Shown: positions 19,901 through 28,051 of the stretch, in pieces | Layout of the letters: each line of letters opens with the position of its first letter | Position numbering within the stretch: the stretch's first letter is position 1 | Source: an uncultured virus (IMG/VR IMGVR_UViG_3300011862_000003) | Lineage: Duplodnaviria; Heunggongvirae; Uroviricota; Caudoviricetes | IMG/VR virus record: IMGVR_UViG_3300011862_000003 | Length of the DNA stretch: 64,000 nucleotides | Strand: one strand, 5' to 3' | The notes under the pieces: generated by a model | Told to the model about the DNA's origin: nothing | What the model saw: the letters and a program-made list of their open reading frames with translations, nothing else | Databases searched by the model: none | Translations under genes and position numbers: made by a program

Positions 19901-20597
19901 CAGTTAAACAACGGAATACATTAGTAATATTGTTAATACCCCATAGAAACTCTTCTACTAAAGAATCACCTAAGTTATTTACATGGCTATAGAAACGAAG
20001 AGAATCTTCCATATACTTAGCATTAGTAACTCTGTAGTTAGGAGCACTGTTTACTGGCGTTTGAGCCTTAAATTGAGCAAGGCGTTTGAAACCACGAGAG
20101 TACTCAAGGATAGCACGAAGAACTTGTTGACCTTCAACAGTATCTAAGCCCATTTCTTTTAAAACCTTAACCGCATTGATAAAGCCTAATGCTTTAGACA
20201 ATACATAAATAAGCTCTGCTTTAGATGATTCAGCAGCTGCAGCTTCCATGTCAATAAGACATGCTTGAATATATGCTTGAGATGCACGGTTGGCATCATT
20301 TTCAAACTTCGCATCAATTTCTTTAAAAATAGAGTCAAATTCTGACATATCTACATCTCCTACAGGGTTAATAGTATTTAACACGTTCTCAAACATTTCA
20401 GTATCCTCTTCTTCAGTTGGTAAGTCCATAACATTGAAATTCAAAGCAGCGGTACGAACATTTTTCATAGTTCCGTCTGATAGTTGAATAGCTGTCCAAC
20501 CTCCACGTTTCATTTCCACTACTGTTACAGGCACATTATTAAGAAGTGCAGTTGTGTTAACGATAGCTTGAGCGATTGCTGTTTTAACTGTATTCAT
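16908..20597 (-). CDS. putative single-chain two-barrel RNA polymerase (early arm, likely non-virion)
   Basis: NDCDGD (DCDGD at 17712-17726) preceded by GVKYP; RITSRMFKGGVK resembles the beta-barrel lysine motif; GGAG RBS before MNTVKT. Confidence 0.7.
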   Translation of the reverse strand: MNTVKTAIAQAIVNTTALLNNVPVTVVEMKRGGWTAIQLSDGTMKNVRTAALNFNVMDLPTEEEDTEMFENVLNTINPVGDVDMSEFDSIFKEIDAKFENDANRASQAYIQACLIDMEAAAAESSKAELIYVLSKALGFINAVKVLKEMGLDTVEGQQVLRAILEYSRGFKRLAQFKAQTPVNSAPNYRVTNAKYMEDSLRFYSHVNNLGDSLVEEFLWGINNITNVFRCLTDEEIISSKSYSNKNLDLIYVPSIDQPVCVTVRYGAVVLTAKAGTVITYTNGTQHVVKNDRSVGITSVDVKAGVLKTMARVVFHNERPVTDDNGKVTIVYNEDVTDVAGSVFNKIFMLKVNKINLDKLLDDVSELKRKVVAITLNGKLVDLPYPAYHLFKVYGQLSGMVSLQEAKSGYLTDINNVAALIEFQGGKVFAIENINKAIARADKQEKNNGWHAGTYKFFVAYDPACGTTPRSNDILMTGCAMLPEMFFDRYGLSRITSRMFKGGVKAGTHFDSDFEAAYPGCGLIGPAAFKGGFLGLLSLLGKEFKSLTVFNKKENPEGVAYIKAYRKAIEERLLETVIFQGEELKGIWVNIPVQITNALMVEQYQWAGENTDNDSVLERASNLSGVVSVPNGFRDYAMSLATADESFSMVDYIQQALEEEIIEEKANITRHTASLFQTAVMWRGHKHVTRLIRTVIDNMPKGRAGKVLAAQYLTSNYNVVSRVDAKDIANMMICAAKENSVELLLDVATYPLELRSGILGLFQHDSESKAAEWVEINFNGTKVYVPTHNFLYNPLHSIETDKSFVATGFLKDVLESVKQAININPTEFSVDYSVQVNKLNGEGKFLQAKLQSRLLGKNFGHLYTVGTYQLMLPSLNPDMEVYEVEVTDGSMFMPTDEEGNKYTFPGSLKVNGVKYPAYFEDAFAGYMMFETDMGSDIVNFAMRKACFMSVETIMIMQNDCDGDLHQFTNDGYQLPLFRGPRGQFNEKSFLNFLEKERAGNTLRKERDLHEATMEEFQAAIFAAGNAKDNIGKYTATKYVYETILEGVQSFITTKGAIVEVNSKLRHRIISTVSYLCQVEAMDNIKQNGKAAKENLMDMIAVGRLNSFKDQGAKTAEQNRNATLNAIKERLMSFFTAEGWDVDMDLAEVMTEALYYCANLKKANSMPAYNIFNARVNNSKRFEALALELAGEKVEESFNYEGAYASAIDGIDSKSMYAFILKALVRSFGSV

Positions 20598-20725
20598 GAT
20601 GTATTCTCCTAAGTAATTGACGGTCATCACACCGATTAAGCATTATTGCTTATATTATGTATACAAACTCGTATATACATATATAAACAACCTAGTTTTA
20701 TAAGAGACTAGGTAAACTCTATATA

Positions 20726-20896
20726 TTACTTAGCTAGACGAGAGATTTCTTTCTCATATAGCGATTCAAAAAGATCAAACATATTATCATCGAAATGTTC
20801 GATATTAATAAGTTCACCTTCGCCTTGTGTTACAATGAAATTTTCTACATTAGCACGTACAGCATCGAAGATTTCTTTATGTTGAGCAGCTTTCAT
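20726..20896 (-). CDS. 56 aa hypothetical protein, first gene of left arm (start moved to MKAAQH)
   Basis: AGGAG RBS. Confidence 0.65.
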   Translation of the reverse strand: MKAAQHKEIFDAVRANVENFIVTQGEGELINIEHFDDNMFDLFESLYEKEISRLAK

Positions 20897-21196
20897 CTGG
20901 TATTCTCCTAAAAATGAGACATGTGTATCGGAAGTGATACTTATCATGTTGTACCTTACCAAGGGTACGGGGGCAGACCAGCATGGGGGCCTATCACCCA
21001 TCACACCAACCTCACACATATAAACCTGGTCCATTTTAAAAAAATTTATAAAAAATCAGCCCCCTTTGCGACCATCGCGGTCCTGTACATAAGTTGTATG
21101 TTTTGCCACCTTTACTTTTCGTAATTACAGCTGTATAGTAATACAAAATGGGGAGGGGTACATGTATCACCCTTTCTCTATTTTGTGAGGTGATAA
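20897..21196. other. strand-switch intergenic region; candidate genome terminus/packaging or divergent control region
   Basis: Coding strand flips here; G-runs (GGGTACGGGGGC...GGGGGCC) followed by A/T tracts (AAAAAAATTTATAAAAAA). Confidence 0.5.
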
Positions 21197-21826
21197 ATGG
21201 ATACTTTAGAATTAAAAGAAAACTTTATTAAGAAGAGTAGGTCCAAATTTGGATCAAAGTTTTTATTTAATAAAGTAGACTATGTTAATTATCATACAAA
21301 GGTTACTATCACTTGTCCTGTACATGGCGATATTAATATGACACCTGATGCACATATTAAATCTAAGTATGGTTGTAAGCAGTGTGCTACTGCATTAGCT
21401 CCTAAATTGAATTCTGGGGATTTATCCCCAGCTAAAACAACTGAAGAGTTTATTGCTGAAGCATCTGTTATACATAACAACAAATATATTTATACTAATA
21501 CTATTTACAAGAATAGATTAAGCCCTATTTCAATAATTTGCCCTAAGCATGGTGAATTCACTCTTCCTCAAGCAAGTAGACATCTTGAGGGGAGGGGTTG
21601 TAAACAGTGTTATCTTGAGGCTATGTTTCTTTCCAGAGAAGAATATATAGCCCAAGCAAATGATAAACACAACAACTATTACTCATATGAAAATATGACA
21701 TATGTTGGTAAAAAGAAACATATTACTGTTACATGTCCTATTCATGGTGATTTCGTTATTAATGCTGAGAAGCACTCTAAAGGTGCTAAATGTAAAAAAT
21801 GTAGAATGATCTCTAAAAAGGTATAA
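21197..21826 (+). CDS. homing-endonuclease-associated zinc-binding repeat protein (3x CPxHG repeats), no nuclease domain visible
   Basis: Three repeats of Y..Y....K..ITCPxHG.F....H..G.CxxC. Confidence 0.75.
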   Translation: MDTLELKENFIKKSRSKFGSKFLFNKVDYVNYHTKVTITCPVHGDINMTPDAHIKSKYGCKQCATALAPKLNSGDLSPAKTTEEFIAEASVIHNNKYIYTNTIYKNRLSPISIICPKHGEFTLPQASRHLEGRGCKQCYLEAMFLSREEYIAQANDKHNNYYSYENMTYVGKKKHITVTCPIHGDFVINAEKHSKGAKCKKCRMISKKV

Positions 21827-21887
21827 CAGATTATTTATATACCTGGAACTGCTGTAGTCTCCAGTTATAAGTAGAGGAAATACAAAT

Positions 21888-22169
21888 ATGTCTAACCCAA
21901 TGGTTAACATTATGGTAGGAACAACTGCAGCTGGGGTTGCAGGAGGTCTTGGGTATGGTGTATATAATAAGAATTATGGTGTAGGTGCTTATGGAGCAAA
22001 TATTAATGATCCATACATTGGCTATTCGGATTATGTTATACACGGTGCAGCTCTAGGTGCTGCAGCTGGACTAGCTTCTGCTGGTCTTCGCTATCAAGCG
22101 CACCAAAAGAAGCTCGAACAACTCTCCGAGCCTACAAAGCATATGCTAAGAATGCTTGGAGCTGAATAA
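21888..22169 (+). CDS. glycine-zipper small protein, candidate internal virion protein
   Basis: GxxxG-rich hydrophobic segments; GAGGA RBS. Confidence 0.7.
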   Translation: MSNPMVNIMVGTTAAGVAGGLGYGVYNKNYGVGAYGANINDPYIGYSDYVIHGAALGAAAGLASAGLRYQAHQKKLEQLSEPTKHMLRMLGAE

Positions 22170-22629
22170 GTGTCTAATAGAGGATAAGATTTTGAACACT
22201 TTCGCTAGACTATGTATAGCACTTTTAATTACACTACCTGTGTCTGCAATGGCTGGTAGCTACCTTACTGATAAAGTAGATCAAGTTATCAACTGGGGAT
22301 TTTGGTGTATCTTATTAGGTGCTCTCGCAGGAGGAATAGCTTCTACTTTTATTCAGACAGAAGTGGATGAGAAATTAACTCACGACAAATTAGCTAAATT
22401 AGTTATTGGTACTGGTTTAGGATTCTTTGCTTGCCTTTCTTGGGTAGCTTACTATCCTGACACTACTATGATGAAATTGGCATTGCCTTCATTTGTACTT
22501 GGATGTCTTGGTGCTCCAATTATAGTATTTTTACTTACTTGGGCTTCTGATGCTCGTACATTTGATAAAGCAAGCAAAACACTAAATAAACGTCTCGGAT
22601 TTGATGAGGACGACAATCAAAATGGTTAA
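22156..22629 (+). CDS. putative holin / multi-pass membrane protein (start uncertain)
   Basis: 3-4 TM segments, charged C-terminus, upstream of endolysin. Confidence 0.55.
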   Translation: MELNKCLIEDKILNTFARLCIALLITLPVSAMAGSYLTDKVDQVINWGFWCILLGALAGGIASTFIQTEVDEKLTHDKLAKLVIGTGLGFFACLSWVAYYPDTTMMKLALPSFVLGCLGAPIIVFLLTWASDARTFDKASKTLNKRLGFDEDDNQNG

Positions 22630-22912
22630 TACTTTAGCTTTTCTAGCTATTGTGATGTGTGCCCTAGGAATAGGGCTATGCATCTATTTGCTAGCAACTA
22701 AAAAGATTGATACAAAACTACCTTCCAGTAATATGCTTATATGTTTTTTTGGACTGGGTTGGTTAAGTTTTTTGATGCAATCTTTAGTTCATTTAAGTTT
22801 AGGTTGTTTTTTTGGAATTCTTTGTTTCTTTATAGGATTCGCAATCTGGGCGTATAAACATTTAAAAATTGTAGACATTGTCTACAGAACATTTCATATA
22901 CAAGGAGAATAA
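22601..22912 (+). CDS. putative holin/antiholin-type membrane protein (probable start 22622)
   Basis: 3 TM segments, next to lysis genes. Confidence 0.5.
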   Translation: MMRTTIKMVNTLAFLAIVMCALGIGLCIYLLATKKIDTKLPSSNMLICFFGLGWLSFLMQSLVHLSLGCFFGILCFFIGFAIWAYKHLKIVDIVYRTFHIQGE

Positions 22913-22914
22913 CT

Positions 22915-23265
22915 ATGTTTAATCCAATGAAAAATGTAAACAGTGCTTGGACTACTTTAGGTGGTAAAGATAAAGCTAGTCTCGGCATACATAATAGTTT
23001 ACTTCAAATGAGTAGTATGTCTTATGGCTCTGCTACTGCTTGGGGTGCTGGTATTGGTGGTGCTTATGGTGGCGTTGAAGGTGCATTATCTTATGATGGT
23101 TCATTTTTAGGAGGAGCCGTTCATGGAGCTATGGTTGGCGCAGCAGGTGGAGCGGGTGGTCGTTTTGCTAGTGGACTTTATGCAAAAGGATCTGGTGGCA
23201 CTATTGGTGATTCAAGCGGAAGATTTGCTTGGAAACACTTTTCTACAGGCTGGGATACCCCGTAA
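22915..23265 (+). CDS. glycine-zipper protein, candidate internal virion protein
   Basis: GAGIGGAYGG...GAMVGAAGG; AAGGAG RBS. Confidence 0.7.
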   Translation: MFNPMKNVNSAWTTLGGKDKASLGIHNSLLQMSSMSYGSATAWGAGIGGAYGGVEGALSYDGSFLGGAVHGAMVGAAGGAGGRFASGLYAKGSGGTIGDSSGRFAWKHFSTGWDTP

Positions 23266-23273
23266 AATTAAAT

Positions 23274-23303
23274 AAACCCAACCATAACTTGGTTGGGTTT
23301 TTT
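23274..23303 (+). terminator. intrinsic terminator
   Basis: AAACCCAACCA TAACT TGGTTGGGTTT TTT. Confidence 0.8.
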
Positions 23304-23413
23304 ATTAAGAATTATTAACTACTCTGATTACCACATCTACAGGTACTTTGGTAGCCGTGGCCTTATTAGTTAATAATTCGCTAAAGTTTATATAACAGTA
23401 ACAGGAGTATAAT

Positions 23414-24118
23414 ATGAACGTTAAAGAATTACAGATTTGGTTAAATGCTCATGGAGCTACACCAAAATTAAAAGAAGATGGTATCGGAGGCACAAAAACT
23501 AAAGAAGCTATCTTACAAGTATTTACAAATAAAAATGCTAAGGCAGTAACAGAAGATGAATTAAAATCACTATCAGTTTCACTAGGAGATACAAATACAA
23601 AACGTATTAAAGCCGTATCTGCTGTAGAAAGTGGAGGTAATGGTTGGTTTACATCTGGATTACCTAAAATCTTGTACGAAAGACATTATTTCTATCGCCT
23701 TACTTCTGATGTCATTAAAAAATTATCTGGATGGTTTATAAATAAATCTGCTGGAGGTTACACAATAGATGAGAATAAAAATGGTATAAATGACAGTTGG
23801 GAAAAGCTTGCAGACGCTGCTTGTAAAGATCCTGATGCTGCTTTTCAATCAGTAAGTATTGGTAAATTTCAGGTTATGGGTTCTCATTACAAAATGCTAG
23901 GCTTTTCTCACCCTATTGAAATGTTATGGGCTGCAACTAGATCCGAATATGAACACTACAAAATGCTAGTTGGGTACATTAAAGGAACAAATTTAACTAA
24001 AGCTTATAATTCCCTGAGTACTGATCCGGAGTCATGTAGAGCTTTTGCTAAAGGATACAATGGACCTGCATACACTAAATATAATTATCATTTAAAATTA
24101 GCTAAAGCAATGAGGTAA
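23414..24118 (+). CDS. endolysin: peptidoglycan-binding domain plus DUF3380-type N-acetylmuramidase
   Basis: LQIWLN...EDGIGG.KT binding domain; AVES, ILYERH, SIGKFQVMG, FAKGYNGP. Confidence 0.9.
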   Translation: MNVKELQIWLNAHGATPKLKEDGIGGTKTKEAILQVFTNKNAKAVTEDELKSLSVSLGDTNTKRIKAVSAVESGGNGWFTSGLPKILYERHYFYRLTSDVIKKLSGWFINKSAGGYTIDENKNGINDSWEKLADAACKDPDAAFQSVSIGKFQVMGSHYKMLGFSHPIEMLWAATRSEYEHYKMLVGYIKGTNLTKAYNSLSTDPESCRAFAKGYNGPAYTKYNYHLKLAKAMR

Positions 24119-24126
24119 ATAAATAT

Positions 24127-24573
24127 ATGAAGCACAGTCATAAAGCTATAGATATTATTCAAAAGTCTAGAAAACTATTGACTGTCGCTTCTTCTCTCTG
24201 GAATGATAGAATATACATTGGATACAGTCATCTTATACATGTTAGTGATGGTCTCTCTGATGTTAAAAAAATGAGCAAGAGAGAAGCGACAGAACTATTA
24301 GAAAAAGACTTAACAAAGATATCCAAACAAGTAAGTAAAGTACTTGAGAACGATCTAACTCAAAATCAGTTTGATGCAGTTGTTTGCCTGGTGTATGATA
24401 TCGGAATTAAATCTTTTATATCATCTGGGCTAAAAGATATGTTAAACAGGGGTGAATTTATAGAAGCAAGTCTTAAGTTTAGACAATGGTCTAGATACAA
24501 AAAGACCCCTATATATCAACTTATTAAGTCACGAAAAATGGAGATGACTTTGTTCGACACTCCTACTGATTGA
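24127..24573 (+). CDS. GH24 lysozyme-like protein, catalytic motif degenerate
   Basis: YIGYSH, LTQNQFDAVVCLVYDIG, SRKME match GH24; no Glu at the usual FEG position. Confidence 0.75.
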   Translation: MKHSHKAIDIIQKSRKLLTVASSLWNDRIYIGYSHLIHVSDGLSDVKKMSKREATELLEKDLTKISKQVSKVLENDLTQNQFDAVVCLVYDIGIKSFISSGLKDMLNRGEFIEASLKFRQWSRYKKTPIYQLIKSRKMEMTLFDTPTD

Positions 24574-24582
24574 GGTATAACT

Positions 24583-25888
24583 ATGGACAAAATGAAACAG
24601 ATGCAGGATATTATGAAACTGCAACAAACTATTGCAGAGGCTAGGGAATCAAGTAAAAATAAGATTCCTGTTGAAGAAGTAATTGAGGAAAAAGAAGTAG
24701 TAAACACATTACCTACTACTTATATCTCTGCTAACCAACTAAAACTATCTGCTAAAGAATTAACACATAAAGTTTCATACCTAGATCGTCTTAGACAAGA
24801 TGATGATAGATATGAGAAACTTCAAATAGCTGAAGAAAAAGCTAAGAAGATCCGAAGAGGATTAACAAGACTAANNNNNNNNNNNNNNNNNNNNNNNNNN
24901 NNCAGGTACTGCAGCTGTAGTCCCATTAAAGTGTAACGGACCAGAATGTAGTTTTAAAGCTACCTGCCTAGTAGGTGATACAGAAGTCCTCCTTAAAGGC
25001 GGTAAAAGACGATTTATTAAAAATATGCAGATTAATGATATTATTTATTCTTTCAATATTACTACTCAACAACTTCAAGTTGATAGAGTAACTAATGTAA
25101 AAAATATGGGGATAAAAGCTGTATATAAAATAATTACTCAGTATGGTAATACTATTGAGGCTACGAATGACCATCCATTCTTATCTGAAAATGAGGAAGG
25201 GAAACTTTTTTGGAATACTATCGATGCAGGTCTTACACCAGGCTCTACTATACTTGTAGAAGATTTTGATCAAAGATATGCAGAAGATATTTATTCAATT
25301 GGTGATGCGTATCGTGATAAAGTGATTTCTATTGAATATGCTGGCCTTAAAGAAGTCTTTGATATCACTGTCGAAGGAAATCATAACTTTGTTGCTAATA
25401 ATTTTATAGTGCATAACTGTCCTTATTATCTAGAAGGTGTAGCTCCAGTAGGTCTTGCTTGTTTAGTAGAATTACAGTTAATTGAATATTGGATGGAAAA
25501 GTATCAAAATGAATTTAATATTGATGATAATTCCATTACTGATATGCATATGATTTCAAGGTTATGTGAATACGATATTTATGACATGCGTGTAACAAGG
25601 TATCTAGCAGAACACGATCAAACATTATTAGTAGATTTTATTTCATCTTATTCTGAAGATGGTGATCCTATTAGTAATAAAGCTACTTCAGCGGCATTTG
25701 AAGTTAAAGAGCGTATTGATAGGCTTCGTTCTAAGACATTAAAAGAATTAATGGCTACTCGTGAAGCTAAGGCTAAGATTCTCACTACAGTTGCTAATAA
25801 TACATCTAATATGAATTTAGCACAGATGAAACAAAAGTTTGATGAACTTGTAAAAGAGAAAACAGACTTAAAAATAGTTAATCCCTAA
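24583..25888 (+). CDS. intein-containing zinc-binding protein, candidate terminase small subunit (one gene across the N gap)
   Basis: Frame after the gap reads GTAAVVPLKCNGPECSFKAT-[intein]-CPYYLEGVAPVGLAC; helical C-terminus KELMATREAK; frame offset explained by estimated gap length. Confidence 0.6.
24875..24902. other. assembly gap (28 N)
   Basis: Run of N. Confidence 1.
24965..25417 (+). mobile_element. mini-intein, 151 aa, no endonuclease domain
   Basis: Block A CLVGDTEVLL, block B EATNDHPF, blocks F/G VFDITVEGNHNFVANNFIVHN, +1 Cys. Confidence 0.93.
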
Positions 25889-25973
25889 GGAGTCAATATG
25901 ATCCCAATTAGATCAGAGACAGATAAAAGATTAATAGGTCACTTAAAAAAGAAATCAAGGAAGAAAAAAATTC

Positions 25974-26417
25974 ATGTCTACTTCAACAAAAAGAGTTCCT
26001 CACGGACAATCTAAATACATTCAAGGTAACTTCTATAGTGAAAAGAATGACAGTACCTTCCCATATAAGTCTTCATATGAATTAGCATACTTAGAAAAAC
26101 TTGAGAAATCTGATAAAGTTCTTAAGTATTTATATGAACCTTTTGAGGTAGGCTATGTAGACTACCACGCTAAGAATAGGATGTATAGGCCTGACTTTAT
26201 GGTATTACATGAAGACGGTTCTATACTTATTACCGAAATTAAACCTGAAGCAATGCTAGAAGATTTTGATGTACAAGCTAAAGCTAAAGCTGCAGAAGCT
26301 TTTATTAAGGAAAAATATAAAGGTCTTGATATCAAATATAAGTTTATTACGGAAAAGAATCTATTTAAAGATATTGCAGACTATGCAAAATTTATTAAGA
26401 GGGTAAAAGAAAAGTGA
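25974..26417 (+). CDS. TnsA-like PD-(D/E)xK nuclease (T4 gp4-like head completion nuclease)
   Basis: YKSSYE...YEP..V.Y...YRPDF...EIKP. Confidence 0.85.
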   Translation: MSTSTKRVPHGQSKYIQGNFYSEKNDSTFPYKSSYELAYLEKLEKSDKVLKYLYEPFEVGYVDYHAKNRMYRPDFMVLHEDGSILITEIKPEAMLEDFDVQAKAKAAEAFIKEKYKGLDIKYKFITEKNLFKDIADYAKFIKRVKEK

Positions 26418-28042
26418 GCAATATAAATCAGAATAATGGATCTAATTCGTTTGATGATTTTTTTGATAGACTAGCTTCTTTCGATACAGAAACCACTGGT
26501 ATCGATACAAGAAAAGATAGGATATGGCAAGCTGGTTTTACTAAGCAAGGGATTGATACTGAAGAAGTGGTCAATCCCTTTTTTACTTTTGATCAAGCTA
26601 AAAAAATCTTTGAACCAGAAGATCTAGATGTAGATACATTTAAAGATAGGATGATAAATGGAAATGGTAAGTTCTCAAGAAAAGCTTATCAAGCTGGAAA
26701 CTTTAATTCATTATTAGTTAAACATTTTACTGGTAAAACCATACCAGGGGCTGAAGAACTCTCTAACTCCTTATCTGATACACTAGATAAGACACTAGGT
26801 CATCTATCTATGGGAGATGTATTAGTACTACAGAACCATAACTTCGAGAACAAACTAATACAGAAGGGGTATGAGGACGGTTTAATAGAAAAGAGTACAT
26901 ACCAACGACTACAAGATAAGATGGAATTTCTTAAAGTAGACCAACGTACAGGCAGCACTCTGGGGTTACTCCAGGTTCCTACGGAAGTCTCTAATGCAGC
27001 ACAGAAAGCATCCTTCATATATAATACACAGTACCTAGATAATATAAGAGACCAACGTAGAACATTTTCTAGATATAAGGATACAATGAATGATGTCATA
27101 GATGCATATAAGAATGCCATACAGAGACCAGACAGGGGTGCTATAGTTATAGAGCAGATGGATGTTACTAAGGCACTATATGCAAATGCTATTAGTCTAG
27201 GATATATGGATAATAGGCATGCTAATATAGGACTTAATATTGAATTCTTAAATGATGTCTTATTTGATGGTAAGCTAGAAGCACATACAGCACTATCGGA
27301 TAGTAAGGATACTGTAGACGTGTTTAAGAAGACATGGGGTATGGTGGAAGAGTTACGTTCTGGTGCAGTAAGTGATGAAACTAAGAAACTCCTTGTATCT
27401 ATAAACGAGAAACAGTATAAGGAAGTCCATAAGCAATTTATGAAGTCTGTGGATAGTGTACTTAATGATTTTGATACAAAAGGTTATACTAGATACTCCC
27501 GTAGGGGTTCATTCTATGCCCCACAGCGTAGCATTTATGATGCCTCGACTGGTAACATTAGTCTCATTAATGGTGCGTCTGTGGGGCACAATGAAGCTAA
27601 TAAAGGGAAGATCTCAGCCCTCGACACTGCTCTGGCTAACATTGAGAGTAGATATGCTGAACATGGAAATGCAGATATACGTGCAGACTACTTAGAAAAG
27701 ATTAGAACTTCTTATCATAATAACGGATTACAAAAAACTATGTTATTAGCAAATAAGATGCAATCTAATTTCAAACTAGATGATCTTCCTATAGCTAAAG
27801 CTGTTAATACTAATCCAGCATGGTGGAAAGAAAAAACTACTATGTTTGGTAAAGAGATGAATAAAGGAACTAAGACAGGTCTGATAGCTGGGAGTCTATT
27901 AGCTCTTGGTTATATGACTCTCAAAGACTCTCCTGTTAAAAGAGAAGAGAATTCATACGTAGCTCAACAATTTTATGACGAACAGTATTTAGGTACAGAG
28001 TTTGTCAATTTCAATGAAAGAAATAAGCATTATATGTACTAA
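26414..28042 (+). CDS. DEDDh 3'-5' exonuclease-domain protein with C-terminal TM-like segment
   Basis: FDTETTG (ExoI), QNHNFE (ExoII), AHTALSD (ExoIII); GLIAGSLLALGY near C-terminus. Confidence 0.75.
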   Translation: MSNINQNNGSNSFDDFFDRLASFDTETTGIDTRKDRIWQAGFTKQGIDTEEVVNPFFTFDQAKKIFEPEDLDVDTFKDRMINGNGKFSRKAYQAGNFNSLLVKHFTGKTIPGAEELSNSLSDTLDKTLGHLSMGDVLVLQNHNFENKLIQKGYEDGLIEKSTYQRLQDKMEFLKVDQRTGSTLGLLQVPTEVSNAAQKASFIYNTQYLDNIRDQRRTFSRYKDTMNDVIDAYKNAIQRPDRGAIVIEQMDVTKALYANAISLGYMDNRHANIGLNIEFLNDVLFDGKLEAHTALSDSKDTVDVFKKTWGMVEELRSGAVSDETKKLLVSINEKQYKEVHKQFMKSVDSVLNDFDTKGYTRYSRRGSFYAPQRSIYDASTGNISLINGASVGHNEANKGKISALDTALANIESRYAEHGNADIRADYLEKIRTSYHNNGLQKTMLLANKMQSNFKLDDLPIAKAVNTNPAWWKEKTTMFGKEMNKGTKTGLIAGSLLALGYMTLKDSPVKREENSYVAQQFYDEQYLGTEFVNFNERNKHYMY

Positions 28043-28051
28043 GAGGTAGAC

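Noticed and set aside
1063..20487. Plus-strand ORFs in the left arm (1063, 4627, 4889, 5555, 8229, 9570, 12828, 14216, 15517, 17730, 18265, 20290)
   Set aside because: Antisense shadows of longer minus-strand genes that have RBSs.
24583..24936. Stand-alone 117 aa gene, or a split intein / programmed frameshift
   Set aside because: The frame change coincides with the 28-N gap, and the intein is contiguous downstream of the gap.
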